This document shows, piece after piece, positions 59,901 to 63,167 of a DNA stretch of 63,167 nt (its first letter is position 1; every line of letters begins with the position of its first letter). The DNA is taken from positions 62,001 through 125,167 of the forward strand of contig JAWMAR010002559.1 in assembly GCA_036785375.1 (NCBI GenBank). The letters run 5' to 3'. The notes beneath the pieces were generated by a model that was not told the origin of the DNA, ran no database searches, and saw only the letters and a program-made list of their open reading frames with translations. This DNA is from Leucoraja ocellata. Taxonomy: Eukaryota. A program made the translations under genes and the position numbers.

Positions 59901-61476
59901 GAGGGGCGAGTCGGGGGGGAGGGTGCGGAGAGGGAGGGAGGGAGGGGGAAGGGGAAGGAGGATGGGAGGGGCGATGGAGGAGGGGAGCATCGGTTATTAA
60001 ACAGACAATTGTACCTGGGAATAGTCAGGATGTGTTGGAGAGAGTGGACGTGTTTGGCTTTCGTGAGGAAGCAGCTAATTGTGTTCAGATAAGCTCACGG
60101 CTCCCGTCTTTATCAGCATTGTCTCTCTCTCTCTCTCTTCCTCCCTTCCATTAGCCTAAACAGAGACTATGGTTTTCAAGAGGAACTGCAGATGCTGGAA
60201 GATCGAAGGTACACAAAATTGCTGAGAAACTCAGCGGGTGCAGCAGCATCTATGGAGCGAAGGAAATAGGCGACGTTTCGGGCCGAAACCCTTCTGGAGA
60301 ACACGGATAGGGAGAGGGATGAGGGTGGGAGGAAGGGTAGAGGGACCGGGGAAAGGAGGGGAGGTGAGAGGAAGGGAGGGAGATGATGGAGGGGGAGGGA
60401 AACAGGGAGAGAAACAAGGAGGGAAAGAGGGAGAAACATAGAAAATAGACGCAGGAGGAGGCCATTCGGCCCTTTGAGCCAGCATCGCCATTCATTGTGA
60501 TCATGGCTGATCGTCCCCAATCAATAACCCGTGCCTGCCTTCTCCCTACATCACTTGATTCCATTAGCCCTAGAGCTCTATCTAACTCGCTCTTAAATCC
60601 ATCCAGTGACTTGGCCTCCACTGCCTTCTGCTTCTGGACTCGCCCAACATTGGGAACATTATTCCTGCATCTGGCTTGTCCAGTCCTTTTATAATTTTAT
60701 ATGTTGAGGGATGAGAAGGGATCGAATCTGGGTCTTCAGTGAAGCATTCGCTGTAAGGCTGCAGCTCTACCGCTGTGCCACCGTGCCTCCCGATGGGAGA
60801 GGGGAGAAAAGGGAATGGCTGCGGTGTGAGCAGCCCTTGATTATGTTGGTAGTTTTCCCGAGGCAGCGTGAAGTGTAGATGGAGTTGCAAGTTCACAAGT
60901 TATCGGAGTAGAATTAGGCCATTCGGCCCATCAAGCATATTCCCCCATTCAATCATGCCTGATCTCAGCCTCCCAATCCCATTTTCCTGCCTTCTCCCCA
61001 TAACCCTTGACATCCGTTCTAATCAGGAATTTGTCTATTATATGCCTTAAAAATATCCATTGACTTGCCCTCTGTGGCAAATAATTCAATTTTCTCCACA
61101 ACTGACTAATGAAATTGCTCCTTACCTCCTTTCTAAAAGAGCGCCCTTTAATTCTGAGGCTATCTCTGGTCCTAGACTCTCCCACCAATGGAAACATCCT
61201 TCCCACATCCACTCTATGCAGGCCTTTCACTATTCTGTACATTTAAATGAGGTTCCCCCCTCAGCCTTCTAAACACCAGCGAGTACAGGCCCAGTGCCGT
61301 CAAACGCTCATCAGATGCTAACCCACTAAATCCTGGAATCATTCTTGTAAACCTACTCTGGACCCTGTCAAGAACCAGCACCTCCTTCCTCAGATATGGG
61401 GCGATAGGCGAGGGGCGAGGTTGGTTTGTGTGACAGGGACCGGGCTACGTCCACAACTCTCTGTGTATTTTTTTAC
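56965..61476. repeat. ~1.1-kb inverted repeat (arms 56965-58106 and 60432-61476)
   Basis: Both arms share unique sequence plus the same CR1/SINE/CR1 junctions in opposite orientation. Confidence 0.88.
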
Positions 61477-61824
61477 GGTCTTGGGCAGAGCTGTTCCCAA
61501 ACCAAGCTGTGATGCATCCCGATAGGAAGTATACAGTAGTTCAGTAGAGTCATTGGGAAAATACCAAATGTTTACGAGGATGTTGCCAGGACTCGAGGGT
61601 CTGAGCTACGGGGAAAGGTTAAGTAGTCTGGGACTCTATCCTTGGAGCGCAGGAGGATGAGGGCTGATCTTATAGAGGTGTACAAAATCGAGAGGAATAG
61701 ATCTGGTAAACGCACAGAATCTCTTGCCCAGAGTAGGGGAATCGAGGGCCAGGGGACATAGTTTTGGTCTCCTAACTTGCAGTTTGATCTCCTAATTTGA
61801 GGGACGTTCTTGCTATTGAGGGAA

Positions 61825-62920
61825 TGCAGTGTAGGCAGAAACCTCCCCTCGGAGGAGGAGGAGGCGACATCGTGGACCCGGCGACGGAGGCAGAGGAAGA
61901 AACCGGGAGAGGAGATCGGAAAGGGAAAGGACTCGCTTGTTGTCCTGCAGGACCGGGAGCAGTTCAGCGGCCAATGGGCTCCAGCTCCGGGAGACCGGGA
62001 ACAGTGCAGCAGCCAATGGGCCCCAGCTCCGGGAGACCGGGATCAGTGCCGCAGCCAATGGGCTCCAGCTCCGGGAGACCGGGAACAGTGCAGCAGCCAA
62101 TGGGCCCCAGCTCCGGGAGACCGGGGAACAGTGCAGCGGCCAATGGGCCCCAGCTCCGGGAGACCGGGAACAGTGCAGCAGCCAATGGGCTCCAGCTCCA
62201 GGAGTCCGGGAACACTGAATCAGCCACCGTACGCCAGCTACAGGAGACGGAGGGGGGCGCTGAGCCCAGAAGTGGGTGGAACAAGGAGGGTCCCTCCAAC
62301 AAATTCAGCTACGCCAGAGGAGACCCCCCTCCTTGAGGATGCCAGCACCCAGTACCTGAGCCCAGAAACGGCGCTGCAATTCACCAAAGCGGTGGGCATG
62401 AGAGGACAAGATCATGGTCAGTGACAATTTAAGGGCAATGGAGCTAAAACTGGCCTCGCTAAACGTGCGCAGTGTGAAGAACACTGTGCGATGTGTAAAC
62501 GCCTCACAGTATCTGGGCCACACGGACTGTCGGTACGGTCGGGGGGAGGCAATGATTTCCGCGCTTCCGGTCCGGAGATCTTGCTGCAGGGAGGGAGATT
62601 CACCATCACTGAGGTCATGGAGGTGGTTGGAGGGGGTGGGGGGGGGGGGGGGGGGGGGGGGGGGAGGGGGCTTCTCCTGGTGGTGGATGTAATGTACCGC
62701 GGCTCTCCGCTCCAGCTGACTAATGTGTATCGGAAGGCAGGCAGAGGGACGTGGAAGTTAAATGTGAAGCTGTTAACCCCAGAGTACTTGAGGAGCAAAG
62801 AGGGACTATGCATGTTGGAGAACGGTGAGGCCCTCTTTGACTCCCCGCACACTGGTGGGAAGCAACCCAGGAAAACATCAAGAGGTTCTTCATAATTTAA
62901 AGGGGTTCAGAGAGCAAGAC
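61825..62920 (+). mobile_element. Tx1-type LINE remnant (ORF1 end / ORF2 endonuclease start)
   Basis: MELKLASLNVRSVKNT, LLLVVDVMYRGSPLQLTNVY, GRGTWKLNVKLL. Confidence 0.65.
61952..62216. repeat. 42-bp tandem repeat (~6 copies; PGTVQQPMGPSSGR in one frame)
   Basis: CCGGGAGACC at 61987, 62029, 62071, 62113, 62156. Confidence 0.9.
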
Positions 62921-62924
62921 AGTG

Positions 62925-63167
62925 CTGAGTCCCATCTTATACACAAGATACTCCGATGACTGCACACCAACACACAGCACAACCGGATCATCAAGTTTGC
63001 GGATGACACGACTGTGGTGGGGCTGATAAATAACAACGACGAGTCTGCCTACCAGAGATGAAGTCCAAAAACTGACTGTCTGGTGCACTAAAAATAACCT
63101 GGTACTCAACCCAACCAAAACAAAAGAACTGGTTGTTGACTTCAGGAGGAGGAGTGTGGAACCTGCT
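62925..63167 (+). mobile_element. Rex1-type RT fragment running off the window end
   Basis: IIKFADDTTVVGLINNNDESAY..WC..NNLVLNPTKTKELVVDFRR. Confidence 0.8.

Noticed and set aside
61797-62424. Repeat-containing host protein ORFs
   Set aside because: Open in several frames because of the 42-bp repeat, and contiguous with Tx1-type ORF2 sequence

Overview
Eukaryotic, very repeat-rich vertebrate DNA, almost certainly from a cartilaginous fish (skate/ray/shark). This is inferred from HE1-type V-SINEs, many CR1 (HER1-type) LINE 3' ends, Penelope-like GIY-YIG remnants, and Rex1/Babar, L2, L1, Tx1, RTE and HERO-type retroelements. Three host-gene stories sit among the repeats. (1) A spliced minus-strand Siglec-like (MAG/CD22/CD33-type) immune receptor gene, copy A, ~19.76 kb to 3.9 kb: 5'UTR exon, signal peptide, V-set with the sialic-acid-binding Arg, three C2-type Ig exons (one split by a CR1), TM exon and two tail exons. 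(2) An inverted, headless duplicate of its TM/tail exons, copy B, on the plus strand at 47.3-49.9 kb. Copy A has an Arg in the TM and has lost its cytoplasmic tyrosine motifs through three separate lesions, while B keeps the ITIM-type motif sequences. This looks like an inhibitory-to-activating paired-receptor conversion. (3) Two minus-strand PRDM9-like remnants (an ancestral-KRAB exon and a post-SET zinc-finger exon) on either side of a CpG island carrying germline-type motifs. Between them lies a 10.3-kb hAT transposon with nested CR1, CR1-in-CR1 and a HERO-type element with 49-bp terminal direct repeats. All calls come from reading the sequence by eye; no searches were run, and repeat boundaries are approximate.
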